A program made the translations under genes and the position numbers. Shown piece after piece: positions 34,403 through 43,228 of a stretch of DNA of 64,000 nucleotides (within the stretch, counting starts at the first letter, position 1; every line of letters begins with the position of its first letter). The notes below the pieces were generated by a model. The model was given only the letters and a program-made list of their open reading frames with translations. It did not search any database and was not told the origin of the DNA. This DNA is from Candidatus Latescibacterota bacterium (lineage in GTDB: Bacteria; Latescibacterota; UBA2968; UBA8231): contig CBDCXV010000010.1 in assembly GCA_965223905.1 (NCBI GenBank), positions 704,001-768,000 on the forward strand, given 5' to 3'.

Positions 34403-35236
34403 TCAGTACGCTTCCGGCACGAACGTCTGGTCCCCTACCGGTGTGCGCACGTAGCTGTCGTCCTCCTGCATCGGCGGCAACTCGAGCTCGTCGGGCAGCA
34501 CGTTCTTGTAGGAGATCATGCTCAGCAGGTGGGATATGCAGTTGAGGCGGGCGCGGCGCTTGTCGTTGGAGTCGACGACGTACCACGGCGCCTGCTTGAT
34601 GTCGGTATGCCGGAACATGTCGTCCTTTGCCCGCGAGTAGTCGACCCAGCGCCGGCGCGACTCCAGGTCCATGCCGCTGAGCTTCCAGCGCCGGGTCGGG
34701 TCGGAGATACGCCGCCGGAAGCGCCGTTCCTGTTCCTCCTCGGAAACCGAGAACCAGTACTTGATCAGGATGATCCCGGAGCGCACCAGCATGCGCTCGA
34801 ACTCGGGACAGGTGCGGAAGAACTCCTCCACCTCTTCCTCGGTGCAGAACCCCATCACCCTCTCGACGCCGGCGCGGTTGTACCAACTGCGGTCGAACAG
34901 AACCATCTCTCCGGCCGCGGGGAGCTCCTCGACGTAACGTTGGAAGTACCACTGCGTCTTCTGCCGTTCCGTGGGGGTGCCGAGGGCGACGACCCGACAG
35001 ATGCGGGGATTGAGCGACTCGGTGATGCGCCGGATGACGCCCCCCTTACCGGCGGCGTCGCGGCCCTCGAAGACAACGACCACTTTCAGTCCATTCTGGC
35101 GTATCCACTCCTGCAGCTTGGCCAGCTCGACCTGGAGCTTGGCCAGCTCCTTCTCGTAGTACTGGCGGTCCAGGTTCTTTATTTTCTTCCTGCTGGAGGA
35201 ATCGGAGGAGGAATTACCGCCCCTCGCTTTCGCCAT
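34403..35236 (-). CDS. ppk2: Polyphosphate kinase 2
   Basis: FEGRDAAGKGG, FDRSWYNRAGVERVMGFC, WKLSGMD. Confidence 0.95.
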   Translation of the reverse strand: MAKARGGNSSSDSSSRKKIKNLDRQYYEKELAKLQVELAKLQEWIRQNGLKVVVVFEGRDAAGKGGVIRRITESLNPRICRVVALGTPTERQKTQWYFQRYVEELPAAGEMVLFDRSWYNRAGVERVMGFCTEEEVEEFFRTCPEFERMLVRSGIILIKYWFSVSEEEQERRFRRRISDPTRRWKLSGMDLESRRRWVDYSRAKDDMFRHTDIKQAPWYVVDSNDKRRARLNCISHLLSMISYKNVLPDELELPPMQEDDSYVRTPVGDQTFVPEAY

Positions 35237-35394
35237 TCTGTCTCCCTATCGAATTCGCGGCCCGACAATTTGGCGCCATCGGGACGCCTCAGCAAGAAAG
35301 ACAGGCGACTTGCCCCGGTACCGGGCATGCCATTAGTTGATGCGCCGGCGCCACACCGAGGCGCCGGGCAGCTCCCGATCCCCCCTTTCGCGCG

Positions 35395-38238
35395 ATGACC
35401 GATTCCCTTACAGCCGGCGGCCCCGCCTCGCCCCGGACTGCCGCTCTCCCCGGCCTCGAAGAAGTGCCCCCGATCCTCTACCTCCTCGACGGGATGGCCC
35501 TGGCGTATCGCGGCTATTTCGCCATGATCAACAACCCGCCGACGACCGCGGCGGGGGTCAACACCGCGGCGCCGTTCGTGTTCACCTCGACGCTGCTGGA
35601 AATCCTCGACAAGTACCACCCGACCCACATCGCCGTCGTCTTCGACGCCCCGGGCCCGACCCACCGCCACGAGGAGTACGCCGAGTACAAGGCGCAGCGC
35701 GAGGCCATGCCGGACGATCTCGGGCAGGCGATGCCGTTCGTTTTCCGGATCTGCGAGGGCTTCCGCATCCCCGTGATCAGGGAGCCGGGGTGGGAGGCCG
35801 ACGACGTCATCGGAACCTTGGCCAAGCGCGCCGAAGCCGCCGGGGCGACGACCTACATGGTGACCCCGGACAAGGACTTCGCCCAGCTGGTCTCGGAGCG
35901 CACCTACCTGTACCGGCCCGGGCGCTCCGGGAGCGGCACCGAGATTCTCGGCGACGCCGAGGTGCGGGAGAAATGGCAGATCGAGTCGGCCGACCAGGTA
36001 CGCGACATCCTCGGACTGATGGGGGACGCGATCGACAACGTTCCCGGTGTTCCGGGGATAGGGCAGAAAACCGCGACCAGGCTGATCCAGGAGTTCGGTT
36101 CGGTCGAGAACCTCCTCGGACGGCTGGAGGAAATCAAAGGAAAACGGCGCGCCGTGCTGGAGGAGCACCGCGAGCAGGCCCTGCTCTCGAAGAAGCTCGT
36201 CACCATCGTCAGGGACGTTCCCGTCCCCGGGTCGCTCCCCGACTTCGAGCGCAAGCCGATCGACGCGGAGATGCTGAAGCAGATCTTCGTCGAGCTCGAG
36301 TTCAACATGTTCGGCAAGCGCCTGTTCGGGGACGGCTTCCACGCGGCGCCGCGGCAGGTGCGGGCCGCTTCGCAGGCTCCCGGGGACAGCGCCCAGCTGG
36401 AAGTTCAGGAGGCAGAGGAGCTCAGGACCATCGCCGACGTCGAGCACGACTACCGCCTGGTGTCCGACCCCGAGGGCCGGGCGGAGCTGATCGCTGCGCT
36501 TCTGGGCAGCTCGAGGGTCAGCATCGATTTAGAGACCACCGGGCTCGACGCCAAATCCTGCGACATCGCCGGTATCGCCGTTGCCCTCGAGTCCCACTCC
36601 GGGTTCTACGTGCCCCTCCCGGAACCTCGCGAGGAAGCCGCCGGGGTGCTGGAGGAATTCCGCCCCGTCCTCGAAAACAGCGAGATCGCCAAGATCGGCC
36701 ACAACCTGAAATTCGACGTTGTCACCCTTCTATGGCACGGCATCGAGGTCCGGGGGAAGCTGTTCGACACCATGGTCGCCGCCTTCCTGGCGGTTCCCGA
36801 CATGCGGCGGAGCCTCGACTACCTGTCGCAGGCCCTGCTCGGGTACCGCCCGATTCCGATTTCCGAGCTGATCGGGGAAAAGGGCTCCGAGCAGCGCAGC
36901 ATCCGCGAGGTGCCGCTCGAGGAGCTCGTCGAGTACTCCGTCGAGGACGCCGACGTCGCCCTGCGGCTCGCAGGCATTCTCGAGGGCCTGCTGGCTGAGA
37001 AGAACCAGGCCGCGGTCTACGAGCAGGTGGAGGCGCCGCTGATCCCGGTGCTCGCCCACATGGAGACCGCCGGCGTCCGCGTCGACGCCCCATCCCTCGA
37101 CCAGCTCTCCGGGGAGATGGAGGCGGATATCGAGGCCGCGGCCCGGCGCATCGAGGAGCTGGCCGGAGAGCCGTTCAACCTCAATTCCCCCAGCCAGCTC
37201 GGCAACATCCTTTTCGACAAGCTCAAGCTCGATCCCCACGCGCGCCGCACCCAGAAATCCAAGCAGTACAAGACCGACGAGCTGGTGCTGACACGGCTGT
37301 CGCACGAGCACGAGATCGCGCGCCAGATTCTCGACTACCGGCTGTGCACGAAGCTGAAGTCGACCTACCTCGACATGCTTCCCGGGGCCATTTTCTCCAG
37401 AACCGGACGCATCCACACCAACTACGAGCAGGCAGTCGCCGCCACCGGCCGCATGCAGTCGAGCGGTCCCAATCTGCAGAACATCCCGATCCGCACCGAA
37501 AGGGGAAGGGAGATCCGCAAGGCCTTCGTCCCCAGCCCCGGCGGCTTCACCCTGCTGTCGGCGGACTACTCGCAGATCGAGCTGCGCATCATCGCCGAGA
37601 TCAGCGGGGACGAGCGCATGACACGGGCCTTCGCCACCGGCGAGGACATCCACACGGTGACGGCCAGCCGCGTCTACGGCGTCCCCCCGGAGATGGTGAC
37701 CGCCGACATGCGGCGCCAGTCGAAGACCGTCAACTTCGGCATCATCTACGGGATCTCCGCCTTCGGTCTGTCCGAGCGCCTCGGATTGCCGCGCAAGCTG
37801 GCAGGGGAAATGATCGAACAGTATTTCGAGGAATACCCGGGGGTCCGGACCTACATGGACGAAACCGTGGAATTCGCGCGCGCCAACGGCTTCGTCGAGA
37901 CCATGATGGGGAGACGCCGCTACCTGAGGGACATCAACTCCCGCAGCGTGGCGGCGCGCAAGGCTGCCGAGCGCAACGCCATCAACTCGCCTATCCAGGG
38001 ATCGGCCGCCGACATGATCAAGATCGCCATGGCGAGGATCCACCGTGAGCAGCAGGAGCGCGGTTGGAAGACGAGGATGCTGCTGCAGGTCCACGACGAG
38101 CTGGTCTTCGACCTCTACCTCGAGGAGGAGGAGGAGGTCAGGGAAGTCGTCGAGGAGGCGATGAAAACGGCGATCCCGCTGAAGGTGCCCGTCGTCGTCG
38201 AGATGGGGATCGGTCCCACCTGGCTCGACGCCCATTGA
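35395..38238 (+). CDS. polA: DNA polymerase I (5'-3' exo, 3'-5' exo, polymerase)
   Basis: LLDGMALAYR, EADDVIGT, DLETT, HNLKFD, motif A ADYSQIELR, motif B KTVNFGIIYG, motif C QVHDEL. Confidence 0.97.
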   Translation: MTDSLTAGGPASPRTAALPGLEEVPPILYLLDGMALAYRGYFAMINNPPTTAAGVNTAAPFVFTSTLLEILDKYHPTHIAVVFDAPGPTHRHEEYAEYKAQREAMPDDLGQAMPFVFRICEGFRIPVIREPGWEADDVIGTLAKRAEAAGATTYMVTPDKDFAQLVSERTYLYRPGRSGSGTEILGDAEVREKWQIESADQVRDILGLMGDAIDNVPGVPGIGQKTATRLIQEFGSVENLLGRLEEIKGKRRAVLEEHREQALLSKKLVTIVRDVPVPGSLPDFERKPIDAEMLKQIFVELEFNMFGKRLFGDGFHAAPRQVRAASQAPGDSAQLEVQEAEELRTIADVEHDYRLVSDPEGRAELIAALLGSSRVSIDLETTGLDAKSCDIAGIAVALESHSGFYVPLPEPREEAAGVLEEFRPVLENSEIAKIGHNLKFDVVTLLWHGIEVRGKLFDTMVAAFLAVPDMRRSLDYLSQALLGYRPIPISELIGEKGSEQRSIREVPLEELVEYSVEDADVALRLAGILEGLLAEKNQAAVYEQVEAPLIPVLAHMETAGVRVDAPSLDQLSGEMEADIEAAARRIEELAGEPFNLNSPSQLGNILFDKLKLDPHARRTQKSKQYKTDELVLTRLSHEHEIARQILDYRLCTKLKSTYLDMLPGAIFSRTGRIHTNYEQAVAATGRMQSSGPNLQNIPIRTERGREIRKAFVPSPGGFTLLSADYSQIELRIIAEISGDERMTRAFATGEDIHTVTASRVYGVPPEMVTADMRRQSKTVNFGIIYGISAFGLSERLGLPRKLAGEMIEQYFEEYPGVRTYMDETVEFARANGFVETMMGRRRYLRDINSRSVAARKAAERNAINSPIQGSAADMIKIAMARIHREQQERGWKTRMLLQVHDELVFDLYLEEEEEVREVVEEAMKTAIPLKVPVVVEMGIGPTWLDAH

Positions 38239-38262
38239 AACCGGCGGTGGATAACCTGTAGA

Positions 38263-38362
38263 AGCACACCCTTTCCGGGCAGGCTGAGTTGCCTTCGCTC
38301 GCCGGATACCCTGGTTTGACTCGCTCAGGCCCTTGCGTGGCCGGGTTCCCCGGTGGCCGGTT
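38263..38362 (-). ncRNA. Candidate structured RNA of unknown class
   Basis: Minus strand can form CCGGG-GAA-CCCGG, GGCC-AC-GCAA-G-GGCC, CTGAG/CTCAG and GCCC-GGAAA-GGGT helices; no family recognised. Confidence 0.3.
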
Positions 38363-38481
38363 GTTGTAACTGTTTTCGGGACGTACATCGGCATCGCGGA
38401 GCTCGGCCGGCAACCCATGCCCGGCCCGGGTCCTGGAAATCCGTCCTCGCGGGACAAACCCTCGAATCAAGGAGCCGCACG

Positions 38482-39333
38482 ATGATCATCGATACCCACA
38501 CCCACTTCTACGACCCTGCCCGTCCTCAGGGAGTGCCCTGGCCGGGGGCCGACGAGGACCTCCTCTACCGCACCGTGCTGCCGGAGCACCACCGCGAGCT
38601 CGCCGTTCCCGAGGGGGTGACCGGAACCGTCGTCGTCGAGGCCAGCGCCTGGCTGGAGGACAACCAGTGGGTGCTCGATCTCGCTGCAGCCGATTCCTGG
38701 ATCGTCGGCCTGGTGGGACACGTCGACCCCGACCGGGACGGGTTCGCAGCCGACATCGACCGCTTCGCCGCCAACCCCCTGTTCCGGGGAATCAGGGTAG
38801 GTGGCGGCTCTTTCGAGGAGATCGAATCCGGCAGCTTCCTGGCCGACATGGAGCTGCTGCCCGCTCGCGACCTGGAGCTCGACGTGCTGATGAACACCGA
38901 CAACTTCGAGGGTCTCTGTTCCCTGGCGGAACGAATGCCGGACCTGCGCATCGTCATCAACCACTTGGCCAGCGTCCCGATCGACGGCAACGCCCCCGAC
39001 TCGCGCTGGGCGGAGTGCATGCAGCGGGCCGGGGCGTTGTCGCAGGTGTACATGAAAGTCTCCGGGCTGGTGGAGCTGGCCGCGGCCAAACCGGCGCCCA
39101 CCGAGCTCGCATACTACGAGCCCACCCTCGACCTGCTCTGGGAGACGTTCGGAGAGGACCGCCTGATTTACGGCAGCAACTGGCCCGTATCCGACGTCGG
39201 GGGGGACTACGGAACCGTGATCGGCCTGGTGCGCAGGTATTTCGAAAGCAAGGGAGAAAGGGCCGCGGCCAAGTACTGGTCGGAGAACGCCAGGGCGGCC
39301 TACAAGTGGGTCGATCGGTCGGCCGAGCCTTAG
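38482..39333 (+). CDS. Amidohydrolase family protein (lactonase-like)
   Basis: IIDTHTHFYD, VINH, MKVSG, YGSNWPV; SD AAGGAG upstream. Confidence 0.9.
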   Translation: MIIDTHTHFYDPARPQGVPWPGADEDLLYRTVLPEHHRELAVPEGVTGTVVVEASAWLEDNQWVLDLAAADSWIVGLVGHVDPDRDGFAADIDRFAANPLFRGIRVGGGSFEEIESGSFLADMELLPARDLELDVLMNTDNFEGLCSLAERMPDLRIVINHLASVPIDGNAPDSRWAECMQRAGALSQVYMKVSGLVELAAAKPAPTELAYYEPTLDLLWETFGEDRLIYGSNWPVSDVGGDYGTVIGLVRRYFESKGERAAAKYWSENARAAYKWVDRSAEP

Positions 39334-39393
39334 CAGCCCGTTGAAAAAGTCCATCCGGGCTGCGGCCTACAGAGCAACTAAATCAACGGGCTG
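39334..39393. mobile_element. 60-bp miniature inverted-repeat element / IS-end remnant
   Basis: Perfect 11-bp terminal inverted repeat CAGCCCGTTGA...TCAACGGGCTG, left arm followed by AAAA. Confidence 0.5.
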
Positions 39394-39491
39394 TTTGTTG
39401 ACCGATCCCGGGGTTTGCCTTTGGTTTGCCGGTCTGCACCTTTGAGACCGGGAGTCCGTTCATGATCAACCATATCACAAGGGAGGGAGAT

Positions 39492-40865
39492 ATGGAATCG
39501 CCTCGCGCCGTACAGGCGTACCGCGGCCGCCGGAGTACCCGCCGGTTGCCAAGCCGGGGGTTCCTCGTTTTCGCCGCCTTGGCCTTGCTTCTGGTGCTGC
39601 CGGGGGCAGCCAGCGCGGACGAGCTCGACTCCGGCGACACTGCGTGGATGCTGACGTCTACGGTGCTGGTCCTGTTCATGACCATCCCGGGGTTGTCACT
39701 TTTCTACGGCGGGCTGGTGCGCACCAAGAACGTGCTGTCCGTCCTGATGCAGTGCTTCGCCATCACCGGCCTGATTTCGATCATCTGGGTCCTGTGGGGC
39801 TACAGCATCGCCTTCGACACCACCGGCATGGAAGCAGGGGTGACCAACTTCGCCTCGTTCGCCGGCGGCCTGTCCAAGGCATTCCTGTCCGGGGTTGGCA
39901 AAGACTCGATGTCCGGCACGATCCCGGAGACGGTTTTCGTCACCTTTCAGATGACCTTCGCCATCATCACCCCGGCCCTGATCGTCGGCGCCTTCGCCGA
40001 GCGCATGAAGTTCACGGCGACCCTGCTGTTCATGGCGATCTGGTCGACGGTCGTGTACGCCCCGGTCTGCCACATGGCGTGGAGCGGCGACGGCTCCTTC
40101 TTCGGCGACCGCGGGGTACTCGATTTCGCCGGGGGCACGGTCGTTCACATCAACGCCGGCGTAGCGGCCCTCGTCGTCGCCCTCGTGATCGGCAAGCGCA
40201 AGGGATACCCCGACAAGGTGATCCCGCCCCACAGTACGGTGCTGACCGTCGTCGGCGCCTCGATGCTGTGGGTCGGCTGGTTCGGCTTCAACGCGGGTAG
40301 CGCGGTGGCCGCGGACGGCGCCGCGGGCATGGCGATGCTGGTGACGCAGGTGGCCACCGCTTCGGCCGCCCTAGGCTGGATGATCGCCGAGTGGATCAAA
40401 CACGGCAAAGCGAGCGTGCTGGGCATGGCCACCGGAGCGGTCGCCGGTCTGGTGGCGATCACCCCTGCCTCCGGCAGCGTCGGCCCGATGGGCGCCATCG
40501 CAATCGGGCTGGCTTCCGGACTCATCTGCTTCTGGGCGGCGACGAGTCTCAAGCAGTCGCTGGGTTACGACGATTCGCTCGATGCCTTCGGCGTGCACGC
40601 GGTAGGGGGTATCGTCGGCGCACTTCTGACCGGCGTCTTCGCCGCGGAGAGCCTCGGAGGCATGGGGCTCGCGAAGGACTCGGTGGGTGGTCAGCTCGGC
40701 GCGCAGATCCTCGGCGTCGTGTTCACCATCGTCTACTGCGCGGTGCTGTCTTACATCATCCTCAAGATCGTGGACGCCATCGTGGGATTGCGCGTTTCCG
40801 ACGAGGACGAGGACCGCGGACTCGATATCTCGCTGCACAACGAGCAGGGATATTACTCGGACTGA
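39492..40865 (+). CDS. amtB: Ammonium transporter
   Basis: FQMTFAIITPALI, DFAGGTVVHI, WVGWFGFNAGS, DDSLDAFGVH. Confidence 0.97.
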   Translation: MESPRAVQAYRGRRSTRRLPSRGFLVFAALALLLVLPGAASADELDSGDTAWMLTSTVLVLFMTIPGLSLFYGGLVRTKNVLSVLMQCFAITGLISIIWVLWGYSIAFDTTGMEAGVTNFASFAGGLSKAFLSGVGKDSMSGTIPETVFVTFQMTFAIITPALIVGAFAERMKFTATLLFMAIWSTVVYAPVCHMAWSGDGSFFGDRGVLDFAGGTVVHINAGVAALVVALVIGKRKGYPDKVIPPHSTVLTVVGASMLWVGWFGFNAGSAVAADGAAGMAMLVTQVATASAALGWMIAEWIKHGKASVLGMATGAVAGLVAITPASGSVGPMGAIAIGLASGLICFWAATSLKQSLGYDDSLDAFGVHAVGGIVGALLTGVFAAESLGGMGLAKDSVGGQLGAQILGVVFTIVYCAVLSYIILKIVDAIVGLRVSDEDEDRGLDISLHNEQGYYSD

Positions 40866-40982
40866 TCCCGGCGGGGGGCGCTCGCGTGGCCGAGTTCCCC
40901 CCCGGCCGTCACCACCGATAGCACCAACAGGACACCGCTCATTCGCAATTCCACGAGCGACGCAGGAAGGAAGGCACAAAAG

Positions 40983-41321
40983 ATGAAACTGTTGAAATGC
41001 ATCGTCCGGCCGAACGCCCTGGACAAGGTCAAGGAAGCCCTGAGCTCCCTCGGCGTGGTCGGAATGACCGTCAGTGAAGTAAAGGGCTTCGGGCGGCAGA
41101 AAGGTCACCAGGAAGTCTACCGCGGTGCCGAATACCATATCGACTTCACGCCAAAGCTCGAGATCGAGGTGGTCGTCGGCGACGGCACCGCCTCCCAGGC
41201 GATCGACGCCGTCAAGGAAGCCGCGAATACCGGCAACATCGGCGACGGCAAGATTTTCGTCCTGTCGGTCGACGAGGTTGTGCGGATTCGCACCGGGGAG
41301 ACCGGCGAATCGGCCGTGTAG
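40983..41321 (+). CDS. glnK: P-II nitrogen regulatory protein
   Basis: GFGRQKG, T-loop YRGAEY, IGDGKIFV, RIRTGE; adjacent to amtB. Confidence 0.92.
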   Translation: MKLLKCIVRPNALDKVKEALSSLGVVGMTVSEVKGFGRQKGHQEVYRGAEYHIDFTPKLEIEVVVGDGTASQAIDAVKEAANTGNIGDGKIFVLSVDEVVRIRTGETGESAV

Positions 41322-41344
41322 CAGAAATCGGCCTGCGGATAGTG

Positions 41345-41381
41345 AGAGCGGCTGCATCACCGATGCGGCCGCTCTTTTTTT
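41345..41381 (+). terminator. Intrinsic terminator after glnK
   Basis: AGAGCGGCTGCATC-ACC-GATGCGGCCGCTCT followed by a T run. Confidence 0.8.
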
Positions 41382-41444
41382 GGGCCCTCCCTCGGCCTAT
41401 CCCGCGGCTCGGGCAGCCTTTATATTCAGCCCCTGACCCCTGAC

Positions 41445-42911
41445 ATGTCCGATAGCGTACGCCACAACTGCGGTTTCTGCGTCGCCCACACCCTCCACGA
41501 CGTCTACTCTTTCATTCGCTCCCTCCAGCACCGGGGCCGGGAGGCCGCGGGCATCGCCGCGGTCGGCGAATCCAGCATCGATGTCATCAAGTGGGAAGGG
41601 CCGGTCGATCGTTTCGACGTCACCGATCTGCACAAGATCTTCCCCAGCCCGCGCTACCACACCTACATGGCCCACATCCGCTACGCCACCAGCGGGCGCA
41701 AGGACGAGATCCTCAAGGACGCGCATCCCCACACCCTCGGCGGCTTCACCGAAGATCGCGGTACTCACCTGTTGATACGGGGCTGTGAGATCGTCGCCGT
41801 GCACAACGGCCAGGTCGAAGAGCGCTATTTCTCGGAAATCGACCCTGCGGCAATGAAATCGCAGTGCGACACGGAAGCCCTGCTGTATATATACCGCCGC
41901 GATGGCGAGCAAAGCATGCTGAAGGAGGTCCCGGGGGCTTACACCATGGCGCTGGCGGACTGGCGCAAGCGGGACGTGCTGGTGATGAGGGATCGCACCG
42001 GCATCAAACCCGGGGTGCTGGGATGGAAGGACGGCAAGTACGGCGTCGCCTCCGAGGACATCGCCTTTCGCAAGAACGGCGGGGAATACATAGAGGACCT
42101 CGAGCCGGGCTCGGTCTACTACCTGACACCCGAAGGGGACTACAGCAAGGAAACCCTCGTCGAATCGAGCCCGGCCTACTGTTTCTTCGAGTGGAACTAC
42201 ATCGTAAACGTCGACTCGATCATCAACCACGTCAGCGCCCGCAAGATCCGCGAGTCCCTCGGGGAAATGCTTGCCGAGGAGTTCCATCCCGAGGATGCCG
42301 ACTTCGTCACCTTCCTGCCCCGATGCCCCGAGGTCGCGGCGCGCAGCTACGCCAAGAAGGTGGGGCTGCCGTTCCGGCACGTTTTCTACAAGATGCGAGG
42401 GGAACGCTCTTTCCAGGGTTCGACCGCGGACGACCGCAGGAAGTCGATCGACGACAACCTTCACCTGCTCCCCGGCCTCAAGCCGCAGCTGCAGGGGAAG
42501 ACTGTCGTCATGATCGACGACAGCATAATACGGGGCAACAACTCGATTCGCGCCCGGCAGCTCCTCTACGGGGACCTGGGAGTAAAAAAGGCGTATCTCG
42601 TAAGCTACACCCCGCCCATCGGGATTACGGGAGAGGACGACGTCGGCCGGGGTTGCATGTTCGGGGTGGACATGCCGCCGGATCCGCCCAAAGGAGAGGA
42701 GTTCATCGCCAGGGGGCGAACCCGGGAGCAGATCAGCGACAAGATGGGGATGCCGGTGGTCTACCTGTCACCGGAAAGCATGCTGGCGGCCTTCCGTCAG
42801 GCCGGTATTCCGGAGACGAACCTGTGCACCTTCTGCATCGGGGGATGTCACCCCTTCGCCAAGCTCGCCCTGGAAGCAGAGACGGGCGACGGTCAGCTCG
42901 GCCTGCTGTAG
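41445..42911 (+). CDS. purF: Amidophosphoribosyltransferase, divergent
   Basis: Propeptide then NCG, LQHRGREAAG, HIRYATSG, HNG, CFFE, IDDSIIRG, CMFGVDM, CTFC. Confidence 0.8.
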   Translation: MSDSVRHNCGFCVAHTLHDVYSFIRSLQHRGREAAGIAAVGESSIDVIKWEGPVDRFDVTDLHKIFPSPRYHTYMAHIRYATSGRKDEILKDAHPHTLGGFTEDRGTHLLIRGCEIVAVHNGQVEERYFSEIDPAAMKSQCDTEALLYIYRRDGEQSMLKEVPGAYTMALADWRKRDVLVMRDRTGIKPGVLGWKDGKYGVASEDIAFRKNGGEYIEDLEPGSVYYLTPEGDYSKETLVESSPAYCFFEWNYIVNVDSIINHVSARKIRESLGEMLAEEFHPEDADFVTFLPRCPEVAARSYAKKVGLPFRHVFYKMRGERSFQGSTADDRRKSIDDNLHLLPGLKPQLQGKTVVMIDDSIIRGNNSIRARQLLYGDLGVKKAYLVSYTPPIGITGEDDVGRGCMFGVDMPPDPPKGEEFIARGRTREQISDKMGMPVVYLSPESMLAAFRQAGIPETNLCTFCIGGCHPFAKLALEAETGDGQLGLL

Positions 42912-42943
42912 CGCCTGCATCCTTCAGGCGGGGGTCCCCCTGC

Positions 42944-43171
42944 CTACAAGTGCGCCTTGATCTCGTCGTGCTCCGGGAAGCGGTTCTCGGCGAGCTTTGA
43001 GAATACGAGCACGCCGTCGACCGTCACCTCGAAACGGCCGCCGTCGGACGGCAGGATCACCAGCTGGGACAGGTCCATTTTCCGATCTTCGAGAATATCT
43101 TCCGCCAAACTGACGGCTGTCTTCAGATACCCTCAGGAAGTGCAGTACTGAATCGATACTTCCCTGGCCAC
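42944..43171 (-). CDS. SelW/SelT/SelH (Rdx family) selenoprotein, CxxU, 75 aa
   Basis: GTG start with AAGGAGG SD; translation (M)AREVSIQYCTS-UGA-GYLKTAVSLAEDIL...PSDGGRFEVTVDGVLVFSKLAENRFPEHDEIKAHL; in-frame TGA at 43135-43133. Confidence 0.9.
43093..43132 (-). promoter_or_regulatory. Bacterial SECIS-like hairpin
   Basis: Directly 3' of the UGA: lower stem GGGTATCT/AGATATTC, upper stem CCGTCA/TGGCGG, apical loop GTT starting 22 nt after the UGA. Confidence 0.7.
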
Positions 43172-43228
43172 GATTTTCCTCCTTCGTGTTGGCGAGCTCA
43201 ACTGCGACGATGCCGGTTTTGAACCTAA

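Noticed and set aside
38247-38255. DnaA-box-like GTGGATAA after polA suggesting an origin
   Set aside because: It is a single imperfect box with no cluster or AT-rich unwinding element.
38263-38362. SRP RNA, c-di-AMP or c-di-GMP riboswitch identity for the structured candidate
   Set aside because: It lacks the SRP CAGG..GGAA..AGCAG core and the conserved riboswitch 3' motifs; kept only as an unassigned candidate.
39405-39440. Sigma54 promoter upstream of amtB
   Set aside because: The best GG...GC candidate has 11-nt rather than 10-nt spacing and a poor consensus.
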